Assembly: GCA_964016885.1 (NCBI GenBank)
Contig: OZ024741.1
Location: forward strand, 2,418,001-2,482,000
DNA length: 64,000 nt
Reading direction: 5' to 3'
Origin: Eledone cirrhosa
Taxonomy: Eukaryota
How positions within the stretch are numbered: position 1 is the first letter of the stretch; each line of letters opens with the position of its first letter. Shown here one piece after another: positions 41,435-60,579 of this stretch. The translations under genes were made by a program, and so were the position numbers. Under the pieces are notes generated by a model. It saw only the letters and a list, made by a program, of their open reading frames with translations. It was not told the DNA's origin and searched no databases.

Positions 41435-42185
41435 GCAAGTCCTCCCACCCTGAGGGAAGGAGTGAAGTGTGGCGCAGTTAATAAACTGTAGGTAGGTCAC
41501 TGGCAGCAAGTGAAATAGAGAAAGAGGAGGAGGGAAGAGATATGAGGAACCGGTTGTAAACCTCCCCACTTTTATTGACACTATCACCGTCACCCTAACC
41601 CTAACTCCTCCCTCATTACACCAGATGGTATCACTTAGTATGCATCAATTCACACTCCTCTCTGTCCCCACCACAACTACTGGAAGGCATTAAACTTAAA
41701 TTTGGAAAGATAAACTCACTGACTTGGCCAATACTCCAGCCGTGTCTTGCCTCTTTTTCATTGTTTTACTTCGATTGTGGTTGCTTTTTTTGTAAGCCAG
41801 GGTGAGCGACAGTGACAGACACGGTCGGTCGATATTCCGCCGAAATATCTCGATAGCCAGAGAGACATTAAAGCAGGCGACGACATTGGCTAACGGCGAG
41901 TCTCATCAATTTGCTCCGTCAGTAGAATAAACAATATACCACAGCCTGCTACACAGATCTTCCAGCCACAATTTATTCATATATATATTTCTTCGTTTAT
42001 TCATTATATTCCAGTCCTTTAACCTAGCACAGAGCTATATGCATATATATCTACATATAAATTACACACACACTTTATATATAAATTTCACGTTGCTCCT
42101 TCTACGAGGAGTTATGACCGATAGATAGTATTAGCAATTGGAAAGGCCATTGTTTCCTCGGTCCGATTTGAGGAAAGTCGTTCGA

Positions 42186-42231
<46 letters not shown>

Positions 42232-42264
42232 AGAGAGAGAGAGAGAGGGACAGAGAGAGAGAGA

Positions 42265-42398
42265 GAAATGGCTTCTACAGGACTAGAGCTGTTTCATTCG
42301 GGAGAAATCATCAGGAAGCCATTTCTATATTAAATATGTATACGCTGCTTTGTATTGAGTACCTGACTTACTGTGGTTACACCCCGATTCAACCCGTA
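42265..42398. mobile_element. Family B fold-back: complete hammerhead 42268-42323 (-) joined to a plus-strand tail
   Basis: aatggcttc-CTGATGA-tttctcccgaat-GAAACag-ctctagtc-ctGTA-gaagccatt. Confidence 0.85.
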
Positions 42399-42407
42399 TA
42401 TTATATA

Positions 42408-42515
42408 CAGGGTGCCCCAAAAATGTATACGCACTTCATCAGCATTCTAATAAACAATAAATACTGCCTGTACAGGTAATCAAAGTCTGCATATATTTTT
42501 TGGTGAGACACCCTA
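42408..42515. mobile_element. Tc1/mariner-type MITE or internal-deletion derivative
   Basis: TA-CAGGGTGCCCCAAAAA...TTTTTGGTGAGACACCCT(A)-TA terminal inverted repeats. Confidence 0.65.
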
Positions 42516-42568
42516 TATACATAAACATATATATAAATATATCATAGATTTATGTATATTATATATAT

Positions 42569-42608
<40 letters not shown>

Positions 42609-42722
42609 TCTTTCTCTTCTTGTTCCCTCCTAACCACCATCCTAAACCTTGTTTTTAGTAACTACAAAGCTCCTCTCGTTTCATATCAATTTGTGTATAT
42701 ACTTATATATACATATATATAC

Positions 42723-43120
<398 letters not shown>

Positions 43121-43445
43121 TATTATTTCTATATATATATATATTACTATATATATATATTATTATTACTATATATATATATATATAAACGGAAAAAATG
43201 AAACAAAATTTCATTTCCCACTCTTAGTACGGCTGTTACTTAAATATAAGTATGTACACGTACATACATATATGTATACAGACGTACAGTAGTATGTATA
43301 TATATATATATATATATATATACATGCACACATATATATATGTATGTATATGTACGTATGGATTCATACGTACGTATATATATGTGTGCATGTATGTATA
43401 TATATATACATACTACTGTACGTCTATATACATATATGTATGTAC

Positions 43446-43490
<45 letters not shown>

Positions 43491-43523
43491 GTGTATATAT
43501 ATATTATATATGTATATATATAT

Positions 43524-43554
<31 letters not shown>

Positions 43555-43694
43555 ATATATTATATATATATATGTATATATATATTATATATATATATAT
43601 TATATATATATATATATATTATATATATATATATATATTATATATTATATATGTATATATATTATATGTATATATATATTATATATATATATAC

Positions 43695-43735
<41 letters not shown>

Positions 43736-43785
43736 AAATAAAGTTAAATAAAAGTCAAATGATTAAAATTTAGCTTCGTTTATTA

Positions 43786-43838
43786 CTGCTATATATATTT
43801 CAGTGACAGCCATCTTTGGCTGTGACCTCTTCAGGCAG
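43786..43838 (-). ncRNA. Type I minimal hammerhead (family G)
   Basis: ctgc-CTGAAGA-ggtcacagcca/tggctgtcact-GAAAT-atat-ATA-gcag. Confidence 0.8.
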
Positions 43839-43973
43839 TTTGAATTAGTATGGTATAGACAAGTACATATGTTGTTTAGGTGTATGATATTGTCAATACT
43901 CTGATATGCCCAGTTCCTTGTTGGGTTGTTAATTCACTGGGGAACTGGAGTCATAATCTATATTATATATATA

Positions 43974-44405
<432 letters not shown>

Positions 44406-44553
44406 TCTTAAGTTGTTAAACAATATTCGATGATTATGTCAAAGAATGAGTTTTACAGTAGATTGGAAACACTCAACGGATAAATTATTTTCAGGAGTTA
44501 TTAATATTAAAATATAAGTGTTAATAAAATAGATGTTCTTTTGATCAATTACA

Positions 44554-44604
44554 TTTTATTATACATATTTCGGATGTACAACAGTACGTCTTCATCAGAC
44601 AAAA
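44554..44604 (-). ncRNA. Type I minimal hammerhead
   Basis: ttttgt-CTGATGA-agacgtac-tgtt-gtacatcc-GAAAT-atgt-ATA-ataaaa; tail hairpin downstream at 44471-44498. Confidence 0.8.
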
Positions 44605-44654
44605 TATAATGATACATGACAAACCCTGAGATGTTAAATGGTTAAGATTTAATC

Positions 44655-45710
44655 ATGCCCCAAGGAACAGTCTTGGGACCACTACTGTTTTTGGTGGCTC
44701 TCTCAGACATGCCATCTGTAGTACATACAACAACATCCCTCACTTGTTATGCTGATGACACTAAGGTAGCACAGGCAACCAAAAACCCGGCTGACGCTGC
44801 ACTTTTACAACAAGATCTGGATGCCATATACAAATGGGCGGAAGAAAACAACATGCAGTTTAATGCTGGCAAATTCCAAGCCCTACAATACAAACCTGCA
44901 AACACAAATACAGTACTACACAGCTACACAGGACCAGGAGGGGCCGATATCCCCGTGTCAAAATCGATACGAGACCTGGGCATAGACATGAGCGATGATG
45001 CATCCATTTCCTCACACATCATGAAAGTGGCGACAATGTGCAGACGACTCACTGGCTGGATCTTGAGGACTTTCCGGACAAGAGACCGAGACACCATATT
45101 GACACTATGGAAGACATTTGTCCTAAGCCGCCTGGTAGTGGTCACGCAATAGTGTCAAACTAACCACGGAGGCAATCCAGCGAAGTTACACCAAGAGGAT
45201 TGCCACGATGAAGGAGACAAGCTACTGGGAGAGGCTAAAAGAACTGAACCTCTACTCCTTGGAACGAAGACGGGAGAGATACGCAGTGATCTACATGTGG
45301 AAAATTCTGGAGGGACTAGCACCAAACTTTGGCATTGGGAGCTGCACCAACAGTCGAACAGGACGTCATTGTCTGGTGCCAAAGGTCCCGTCTTCCACAT
45401 CTAGAATAAGGAGCAGGTATTGCAATAGCGTGGGATTCAAGGGCCTTCAACAAGCTGCCGAGGGATCTGAGAGATCTACATAGTGTGGAGGTGGATGTCT
45501 TCTAGAAACATTTCGACACCTTGCTATCCAGGATCCCGGATGAGCCCACAGCAAGGTTCGAGGGAAACCTAAGGGCAGCAGCAACAAACTCCCTCTTACA
45601 CCAGTGGCCAACCAATACAGGCTGAAGATAAAGTGTGTAGCAACAAGGGTGGTGCCCCAGCATGGCCTCAGCCGGAAGGCTGGAACAGGTAAAAGAGTAA
45701 AAGAGTACAA
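44655..45710 (+). mobile_element. 5'-truncated CR1/L2-group LINE
   Basis: PQGTVLGPLLFL, YADDTK, WAEENNMQFN, YWERLKELNLYSLERRRER; 3' tandem tail GTAAAAGA. Confidence 0.9.
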
Positions 45711-45712
45711 TA

Positions 45713-45816
<104 letters not shown>

Positions 45817-45819
45817 CCT

Positions 45820-45950
45820 TTCACCGTATCTTTGACTAAAGGAATTTTAGCCCATTATCAGGCTAAAATTTCTTTAGTCAAAAATACGGTGAAATCTATT
45901 CTATTTTCTAATTTCAAACCTGCTCACTGTTTCAAAACATACTTACATAT
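45820..45950 (+). repeat. Short fold-back (45820-45893) plus tail; non-folded homologue at 40550-40655
   Basis: ttcaccgtatctttgactaaag..ctttagtcaaaaatacggtgaa. Confidence 0.7.
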
Positions 45951-45974
45951 ATATGTTATATATATATATATGTG

Positions 45975-46042
<68 letters not shown>

Positions 46043-46078
46043 TATATATATATATGTTATATATATATATATATATAC

Positions 46079-46164
<86 letters not shown>

Positions 46165-46210
46165 TATATATATATATATATATACATTATATATATATAT
46201 ATATATATAC

Positions 46211-46303
<93 letters not shown>

Positions 46304-46631
46304 TATATATATATATATATATACATTATATATATATATATTTATTAAAATATAAGCAAAGAATCGCTGCTTTCACCCTTAACGGGATCTTCTGAAACTA
46401 ACAAAGTCAATCTGTAAACGCAGAAGTGGATATTTCAAAAAACGTTGCAACCAAAGGAAGACAGGAAGACGATACTTTGGTTCGTGGAAACGTTCCCTGG
46501 CAAAGAACGGGAAAAAATATTTGCTCTACGGTTCTTATATATTTGATATATATTTATCCTTATCGAGCCCTCTTTGGATTTTAGTCTTCAATTTTTTAAT
46601 TATTACATTATATATATATATATATATATAT

Positions 46632-49969
<3,338 letters not shown>

Positions 49970-50017
49970 CATATATATATATAAGACACATATATATATA
50001 TATTACATATATATATA

Positions 50018-50073
<56 letters not shown>

Positions 50074-50422
50074 GTGGATGGATACTTCATATATATATTA
50101 CATATATATATGTATATATAAAGAGAGTGGGAGAGATAAGGATGAAAGGAAATGAGTGGCAGAGAAAATGTAGAGACGTTAGAGAGGCAGAAGTGGTAAA
50201 ATGTAAAAGTGAAGGGACGTAACTCTATCGTATTCCTCTACTACCATGATATACATTATGGTACATTCATGTTCTACCTCCACGCAGCAATGATACACGC
50301 GCGCGCGCGCGTGTGCGTGTGCGTGTGTGTGTACACCTACATATATATATATATGTATATGTGTGTGTGTATGTATACATACGCACACATACACACAGAC
50401 ATATATATATCCACGCACACAT

Positions 50423-50456
<34 letters not shown>

Positions 50457-50475
50457 GTGTATATATATATATATA

Positions 50476-50670
50476 TTTATTAAAATAACAGATTAAAGTT
50501 TAAGCAAGAATTGCTGCTTTCACCCTTAAGGGTGAAAGCAGCAATTCTTTGCTTAAACTTTAATCTGTTATTTTAATAAATATTTGCTCTACGGTTCTTA
50601 TATATTTGATACATATTTATCCTTATCGAGCCTTCTTTTGAATTTAGTCTTCACATTTATTATTCTTACT
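50476..50670 (+). mobile_element. Spacer-less ~105 bp palindrome plus tail with the conserved hairpin; same family as 46340-46610
   Basis: Centre cacccttaagggtg; tail gctc..tc-gagc at 50586-50631. Confidence 0.75.
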
Positions 50671-50827
50671 ATATATATATATATATATATATATGTAGAT
50701 AAATCTACCAAGAGTTTACGGTAGTGTCCAATCCGTATGAAGAACTCAATGTATTCCGGATATCATGGAAAGAAGAGATGTAATGAAAAATCACTTTCGG
50801 TGAAAGATAAACGGTATACAGAGTCAA

Positions 50828-50960
50828 GATAAAATATTAAACAAATAATGAATAAAACAATGAAACAGTTCCTTATATTAAACAAAAACGATCGTTAAAT
50901 AATGAACTTTTTTTGTTTAATATAAGGAACTGTTTCATTGTTTTATTCATTATTTGTTTA

Positions 50961-50969
<9 letters not shown>
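50828..50969. repeat. ~140 bp fold-back next to (TA)n
   Basis: ataaaatattaaacaaataatgaataaaacaatgaaacagttcc mirrored. Confidence 0.8.
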
Positions 50970-51037
<68 letters not shown>

Positions 51038-51552
51038 GTGTGGGCATATATTTATTGATATATGTATATATAATTATATGTATATACATATATAAATACG
51101 CACAGTACATCCTCTTTTTTTTTATCATGTGCTAAATATATATCTGTGTGTGTGTGTGTGGGTGTCTGCTTGTATATATATATATATATATATATATATG
51201 ATATATAATAAATAATATAATAATAAATAATGTACATAAATAAAGCTGAAGCTTCATGTTTTAATTTATGGAAGTACATATTGCTATATTTCTCATAACA
51301 CAGATATGGCAACATCAATCATCTTCAGGAACGTTAAATATGGCGTGCGTTATTGTACAACCCAGTAATAGTGTAGAGAGTAATCTCCCCTTTAACGCTA
51401 TATATGCGAAAGTCTTCTGAGAGTCACCCGAAAGTATAAAGATATTCTTAACACCGTACTACAGTAGAATATATATTGAAATCCGAGCCTTCCTGAATCA
51501 GTCCTCGTATCTTTCTCTCTTTCACTTTATATATGTATATATATATATATAT

Positions 51553-52066
51553 ATTATAATAAAATAACAGGAGGCTGGACTTGTGTAAATCCTTGAAAGG
51601 TTTATTATACTATGATCATTTCAATGACTGGGTTCCGTATGATATCATCAGGTATTCGAAATATAACCGACCATCTTCTACCTTAGTCGGTCGCTTTGAG
51701 GGCGACCGACTAAGGTAGAAGATGCTAGAAGGTAGAAGATGCTAGATGGTCGGTCGTCCTCTTCTTTATGATTTTCAGCCCCATGGATTTTGTCTGTTAT
51801 ATTCCTTTGTTACATTTCGAATACCTGATGATATCACCGGATTCATACGGAACCCAGTCATTGAAATGATCATAGTATAATAAACCTTTCAAGGATTTAC
51901 ACAAGTCCAGGCTCCTGTTATTTTATAGTAATTAACTCCGTACTCGCACCACCAACTACACAAACGAAGACGGGTGAGTTGCATTACGTTGAGTGCTCTC
52001 CATAATATTACATCTAGGTTGACCATTCGGAATGACCAGTTCTATCCAGTGGTGAACAAACAAAGC

Positions 52067-52070
<4 letters not shown>
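51553..52070. mobile_element. Fold-back PLE pLTR unit (family A); hammerheads at 51607-51655 (minus, stem II deletion) and 51821-51878 (plus)
   Basis: Homologous to the 2.5 kb and 9.4 kb copies; (TA)n flanks. Confidence 0.85.
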
Positions 52071-52123
<53 letters not shown>

Positions 52124-52198
52124 CCCACTCTACTACCCTAAGTATTGAGTACTTTGGTGCGTTATGGTCCACCTGGTTCCTTACCACTTTTCCCTCGC

Positions 52199-53257
<1,059 letters not shown>

Positions 53258-53698
53258 GGTGGCTGCCAACTCGTTTTCGAGTACGGCCACTACTTTATAT
53301 CCATGTAGGAGAACCCCTACCAATGCGCTGAACGAGTGTGACTTTTTAGTCCAGCCAGCGACTTGAAAACTCTGGTACAAACACTACACTTGTGACAATT
53401 ACTGACACATAGTGCTGGGCCCATGGTACCATGTGACGACAAGTGCAGAGAGATCTCCAGATATAAAGCAATGCCTGTGCCGTGAAGCTTTTATAGTGAG
53501 CAAAGGCACTGCACAAAGCCAGTCCCACTCTCTTAACCAAGATGATATTTACCAAAAAGAAGAACAAGTCAACATCATTGGATACCATCAGGGTTGCAGG
53601 TGTTATATCAGAGTTTTCCTTCTCCTAGAATTCTGCCTTGACAAAGGCTAAGGGGTCATCTCCTAGAATTCTGCCTTGACAAAGGCTAAGGGGTCATC

Positions 53699-53764
<66 letters not shown>

Positions 53765-53772
53765 GTATATAC

Positions 53773-53833
<61 letters not shown>

Positions 53834-53839
53834 GTGTAA

Positions 53840-53935
53840 GTACCGGATTGAATCGGGGGTAACCGAAATGGCTTCTACAGTATTAGAACTGTCTTATTCT
53901 AATCCTGTAGAATCCATTTCTATATTAATTTATAT
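53840..53935. mobile_element. Small family B fold-back remnant
   Basis: aaatggcttctacag..ctgtagaatccattt. Confidence 0.65.
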
Positions 53936-54179
53936 ATTTATGTGTGTGTGTGAGAGAGAGAGAGAGTGAGAGAGAGAGAGAGAGTGTGGGGGGGGGGGGG
54001 AGTAGGGAAATAATCGATTCCAGCTCTTTACAAGTAATATATTTTCGACATCAAAATTTTGAAAGACAAAGTTAACCTCAGTGAGATTTGAAATCAGATA
54101 TTAATTAAGATATTTATTAATCAGATATTTATTAATAAACCCTGACGGAGCTGATCTATATAACCATGCTATTTACATG

Positions 54180-54655
54180 TTTCTTCACCTTCTTCATTTA
54201 ATTATTCCTGTTAGGCTCATAGAGGCAGAGCCCTTAGACATGGCCTCCAGAGGGTCTTATTGGCTGGAGCCCCAAACCATACTAAGCGAGCTTATTAGTA
54301 TTATCTAACCCTCTTACTTGTGTTCTGACTCTAGGTCTCCTGTTGGTTGGTTTTACCTCTATATTCTGTCCAGTGATTCTTTCCTGGGACATTCTAACCA
54401 CATGTCCATAGTATCAGAGCTGTGATCTCTCAATTGGGAGAAGTAGCAGCTCTACCTGGAGTGGCTCTCTCATCTCCGACCTACGACCTCTACCAAATAA
54501 CGTTACCCCCAAAGACCCTTCGAAGGAACCCCATTTCGGCTGCTGGTATTCGCAATCGAATTATTTCGGCCATCACCCACGATTCATGACCATAGGTAAG
54601 GGTTGGCATGAATACCGAGTTCGAAGACAGCGAGTTTGGCTTTTACACCTACCTC
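54180..54655 (-). mobile_element. Decayed RTE LINE 3' fragment
   Basis: Manual translation PTLTYGHESWVM..AAEMGFLRRV..IERSQL*YYGHVVRM. Confidence 0.8.
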
Positions 54656-54954
54656 CTGATTACCGAATACTGGACGTACATTATAAAATATGTCCTGTGT
54701 TTTATATTAAAGCCTGTAACATATGATGTCTATGTCATATGTTACAGGTGAGGTGACTACCTATGTACAGGTGAGGTGACTATGTACAGGTGAAGTGACA
54801 ATGTACAGGTGAGGTGACTATGTACAGGTGAGGTGACTATGTACAGGTGTTCTGTATCAACCAATTCAATCAATCCCTATCTTAATTATTAAGTGACTTG
54901 AGAAATCTCCACCGTCAGAATTATTTTCATTATTACTGGATTGGGGGGGGGGGG

Positions 54955-56445
54955 GGTGAATTGGTAGTATCGGTAGAGGGTCGGACACCATGCTTTCCAG
55001 AATAGTTACGTACCTTTATTTTCTGAGTTCAAATCCCGCCAAGGTTAACTTAGCCTTTTATCCTTACGGGGTCGATAAAATAAAGTACCAGTAATGCGCT
55101 GGGATAATTGCTGGCCTTGTGCCAAAAGTAGAAACAATTATTACTGCATTGGCAGAATCGGTAGAGCGTCAGACACCATGCTAGGGTGGTGGATTGGCAG
55201 TATCGGTAGAGGGTCGGATGCCATGCTAGGGTGGTGAATTGGCAGAATTGGTAGAGGGTCGGATGCCATGCTTTCTAGCATAGAGTTACGGCCCTTGCCA
55301 TTCTGAATTCAAATCCCGCCGAGGTTAACTTTGCTTTTCATCCTTACGGGGTCGACAAAATAAAGTACCAGTAATGCACTGGGATAATTGCTGGCCTTGT
55401 GCCAAATGTAGAAACAATTATTACTGGATTGGCAGTAATTGGACAACATGCTTTGTGACATAGATTTACGGCCTTTTAAGTTCTAAGTTCAAATCATGTC
55501 GAAATTAGCTTTACCTTTCATCTTTGCGAGATTGATAAAATAAAGTACCAGTCACACACTGGGTCGATTTATTCGACTTTCTCCTCCCCACAAATTGCTG
55601 GCCTTGTACCTAAAGGAATTGTGTTTGTAGTCTCATAAATTTCATTTTACACAACAAAACTCTCACTGTATCGTCCTGTACCGTCTTTAATGTTTCCTTA
55701 ATGTGAGCCCTGTGTGGCTAATAAAGAAATTGTTATTACTGGAATTTTCTGCTTTGCTGTCGAGGTTAGCTTGGCTTTTTACCCTTATGGGGGTCGATAA
55801 AATAAAGTATCGATACTGCACTTTCCCCTCCTCCACCCCACTAAAAACTATTGCACTTGTACTCAAATCGACCCCAGTGTGTTACTGGTACTATATTTTA
55901 TCGACCCCAGAAGGATGAAAGGCAAAGGTAACTTCGGAGAGATTTGAAATCAGAACGTAAACAATGAAAACAAAGTATTTTACTGAGGTCGCGATAATTG
56001 ACAATCCCTTTGTCCTCAACTCCCGACCTTGTGCCAAATGTAGAAACAATTATTATTAAAGCAGTTTATTACAAAATCGGTAGATCACCGAAGTTACTGC
56101 CTTTCGGCTTTTAAGTTAAAATTTCGTCGCGGTCAAATTTGACTCTCATTCTTCCGAGAAGAATAAAAAAAAATAAGAGATAAGTTCTGGGTTAATTTAC
56201 TCAGCTAACCCCTTTCCCTAAATTTCTGTCTTTGTGTTGATGTAACACATTATTGGGTCCGTAGATTAATAGAATTGTTAGAGCGACGGATAAAATACTT
56301 TGTTTTCAATTGTTTACGTTTTGATTTCAAATCTCGCTGAGGTTAATTTTACCTTTCATCCTTCTGGGATCGATGAAATAATGTACTACTAACACACAGG
56401 GGTCGATATAAATTTGTATGGCATGTGCCTAAATCAGAAACCATT
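54955..56445 (+). mobile_element. Cluster of ~7 SINE copies (mostly plus strand; one minus copy at ~55865-55960)
   Basis: Repeated TTGGCAG.ATCGGTAGAG head, GTTCAAATCCCGCC, TTTCATCCTT.CGGGGTCGATAAAATAAAGTACCAG and GGCCTTGTGCCAAA tail. Confidence 0.85.
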
Positions 56446-57505
56446 ATTATAGCAATATTTTTATGCTTACTTCTGTTTCAGGATTGTAAAAAATGGGGAA
56501 AATATCATTGCTTATCGCCCTTACATAAAGCAAACGATTGAATAAGTTATGAGAACCGGTGTAATCTTAAAATAATCGCCTGTTCCATTATAATATTTAT
56601 ATATAAGACATAGACATCAGCAGCATATGAAAGAGCTGCAGTGATGTTCATGCCTCCTTTTCTAATCAATATTAAATAATTAGGTAAAAAAGACTTATAT
56701 CGAAAATCACAACTAGAAAATGGCTGGTTAGATATACCATGAAACTGTATAATGGGCTGTTTGTATATCTGCGTGTGTACGGGTATAGATATAAAGATAT
56801 ATATATATATATACATATATATAAACACACATGTAGATTAAAGAAGTGATATTTTTGTTAGTACAATAAAGTATCATAAAAAAGCACACACTATCACATA
56901 CACACTCTCACTTACACACTCTCACATACACACATGTACATTATGTATACAAACGCCATATGAGTGTGCGTACGCGCGCGTTTATGCGTGTGTATTTAAC
57001 CGTTGGTCGCTCAAGCAGCTCGGGTCAGTAGCTAAATTCTGTGAAATCACAGCATCAAGTGTATAAGAGACGTTATATAATGTAGTCTTTGATATATAAA
57101 AATATTTCTACTTTACCGACGTTTATTTGATGAGAGCGGAGGTTGAACAATAACAACAATAACAACAATTTGTAGATATAAGATATACAATACAAGTTGT
57201 ATAAAATATTGTATAAAGTAGTGGTTGGTGTAGAAATGAGAAGACGATCACTGAGTGGGTCAATCTGATCAAGGCTGAAGTTAATAAACAATAACAATTT
57301 TGTAGGCATGAAATCATAAAAGTAAGATGTAAACCCTATAAATTAAGGTACATCCCTGAATTAAACGTTAAGTAAAATAAACACGTGTTTCTTAGGGCCT
57401 CAAGTAAAATGTGGACCTTCAAAATAATCAAAAGGCATGTTGTGGTTCTTTTGTGAGGATTTCTGCTGTTATTTTTTTAACGAAGGGCCTCCTCAATATT
57501 TTTCA

Positions 57506-57709
57506 CAACATAGAGCCATGCCAATTTTTAACCCGGCATTACTCTATAACATAGAGCCATGCCAATTTTTAATCCGGCATTATTCTACAACATAGAGCAA
57601 TGCCAGTTTTTAATCCGGCATTACTCTACAACATAGAGCCATGCCAATTTTTATCCGGCATTGCTTTACAACATAGGGCATTGCCAATTTTTAATCCGGC
57701 ATTGCTCTA
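57506..57709. repeat. ~41 bp tandem repeat, 5 copies
   Basis: caacatagagccatgccaatttttaatccggcattactcta. Confidence 0.9.
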
Positions 57710-57974
57710 ATTCTTTTTTTTTTTAAATTCTGTTCAGTTATAGAACCGCATTGTCTCAACTATACATATAAGAGAGAATATATAATGTAGATATATAATA
57801 TATAATGTAGATATATACTATATAATGTAGATATATAACATATAATGTTGTACATTACCCTATGTACTATACATACACTTTTGAGGAGTTGTAGTGCACC
57901 TGAGAACTGTACACAATATTTTCATTATTATTATAATATTGATATATAATATATAATGTAGATATATAATATAA

Positions 57975-58085
57975 CTTTCTTTTTATTTGCCACCAGGGCA
58001 TCAAAGAGTGGGACAAGTACAATGGGGGGAGTTTACATAAAAAGGCGTCCTCAATAAGGAGGAGGCAATAACAAAATATAAAAAT
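57975..58085 (-). mobile_element. Very short Tx1 3' UTR insertion
   Basis: Near-identical to 60580-60690. Confidence 0.85.
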
Positions 58086-58400
58086 ATAGATATATAATAT
58101 AGATATATAATATATAATATAGATATATAATATATAATATAGATATATAATATATAATATAGATATATAATATATAATATAGATATATAATATATAATAT
58201 AGATATATAATATATAATATAGATATATAATATATAATATAGATATATAATATATAATATAGATATATAATATATAATATAGATATATAATATATAATAT
58301 AGATATATAATGTAGATATATAATATATATGATATATAATATATAATGTAGATATATAATATAGATATATAATATATAATGTATAATATAGATATATAAC
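58085..58400. repeat. 20 bp AT-rich minisatellite (agatatataatatataatat)
   Basis: Direct reading. Confidence 0.9.
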
Positions 58401-58810
58401 TTTGATAATATAATACAAAGACAAAACATGTCATTGAAATAATGTAAACAATAAAATATAGATATAATGTATAACAATGTAGATATAATATATAACAATA
58501 TAGATAGAATATATAACAATATAGATATAATATATAACAACATAGATATAATATGTAACAATCAATTCTCAAATATATCGATCTAATATCTATAAACAAT
58601 ATAAACTTAAATATGCAAAAACTTTTCATTTGTTTTGTTTTTAATAGTTAATGAAGGAAACGCTAAGAAATTATGTGATATACACACGTGTGTATGTGTA
58701 TAGCTAGATACACACGTGTGTGTATATAGCTAGATACATACATACATACATACTTACATAAATACATACATACATACATACATAGCTAGATACATACATA
58801 CATTCATACA

Positions 58811-58841
<31 letters not shown>

Positions 58842-58869
58842 GTAGATAGACACACACACATGTGCATGT

Positions 58870-58948
<79 letters not shown>

Positions 58949-59144
58949 ATATATATATATATAATATATATATTTATATAATATATATATATATAATGAC
59001 AGTTCTAGTTTTGCAGAGTATATTTTTACTGGAAATGAATATGTACCTTCTCTACTAATGTATGTATTGAGTACTTTAACTGTAGTTCCTGTCTGTTCCT
59101 CACCAGAAAACCATTCTTAGTTGTGTGTGTGTGTGGGTGTGTGG

Positions 59145-59175
<31 letters not shown>

Positions 59176-60097
59176 TGTGAGTGTGTATGTGTGTGTAAAA
59201 GACGTACATATAAAAAGTATTTATTTTTTTTTTTCATTTAAGGTTTAAAAGGTTTTAAAAGATCTTGTTTAAAATGCATGCCTGTATGTATATGTGTCTG
59301 TGTGTATATGTGTCTGTGTGTATATGTGTCTGTGTGTATATGTGCATGTATGTATATGTGTATGTGTGTATATAGAAGCCAATTATTTTACTCATCAAGT
59401 TCATCAAGATGTTGACAAAGAAAAGATCTATGTATTTTATCAATATTCCACTCAATAGTTCAATATCTGTGGAGTTCAATATCTCTGTAGTTCAATATCT
59501 CTAATATATTTCCACTGTTTGTTATTTGTTCTATAAACATATCTTCCTTTGTAAATATTTCAAACTTTAAACTTTTCTAAAAATTAATTTGACATGAAAA
59601 TATTTTATGTCTATGCTATGAGAGATAAAATAACTTTATTTACTTCACGTTGCTCCTTCTGCCAAGGAGTTGCGACCGGTAGATAATACCAGCTATGGAA
59701 AGACGAATGGAAACATTGTTTCCTTTGGTCCGATTTGACGAGGTCCATCCTACTCGGCAAGCGAATGGGGTCTGAGATCTTGTCGATCTTTAAGGGCATG
59801 GGTGGTGCCCCAGCATGGCCTCAACCGGATATAACAATAAAATCTATATCTACAGAATTTCTAATATGAGACAGGAATATTGTCTAGAAGAGAAACGTGT
59901 TGGAATATGACGAGTTTCACATTGTTGTTATAGTTAACTAAATTCGATGGAATATGTTGTAGTAGATGTCTTAACTTTCATATAGTTATTTATAATTAAC
60001 CACCATATTATTAGCTTCATACATACATACAAACATAGAAAGACACACATACATACATGCACACATACACGGCATGTCCCATTCTACATACGCCACT

Positions 60098-60578
60098 GGT
60101 AGGTAGGTAGGTAGGTAGGTAGGTAGGTAGGTAGGTAGGTAGATAGGTAGGTAGATAGGTAGGTAGGTAGGTAGGTAGGTAGGTAGGTAGGTAGGTAGAT
60201 AGGTAGGTAGGGGGATAGGTAGGTAGGTAGGTAGGTAGGTAGGAGATAGGTAGGTAGGTAGGTAGGTAGGGAGATAGGTAGGTATTTAGGGAGATAGGTA
60301 GGTAGGGAGGGAGGTAGGTAGGTAGGGAGATAGGCAGGTAGGTAGGTAGGTAGGTAGGTAGGTAGATAGGTAGGTAGGTAGGTAGGTAGGTAGGTAGGTA
60401 GGTAGGTAGATAGGTAGGTAGGGGGATAGGTAGGTAGGTAGGTAGGTAGGTAGGAGATAGGTAGGTAGGTAGGTAGGTAGGGAGATAGGTAGGTATTTAG
60501 GGAGATAGGTAGGTAGGGAGGGAGGTAGGTAGGTAGGGAGATAGGCAGGTAGGTAGGTAGGTAGGTAGGGAGATAGGT
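60098..60578. repeat. (GGTA)n-based array with an internal higher-order duplication
   Basis: The variant block ggggatagg..ggtatttagggag..ggcagg occurs twice. Confidence 0.9.
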
Positions 60579-60579
60579 A

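Noticed and set aside
41593-41605. CCCTAACCCTAAC telomere-like repeat
   Set aside because: Only two units; expected by chance
53258-53698. Possible LINE 5' UTR fragment with a ~39 bp tandem duplication at its end
   Set aside because: The duplication is real, but family assignment rests on vague similarity only
55190-55325. tRNA gene suggested by A/B-box-like motifs
   Set aside because: No cloverleaf; continues into the SINE body and is multi-copy
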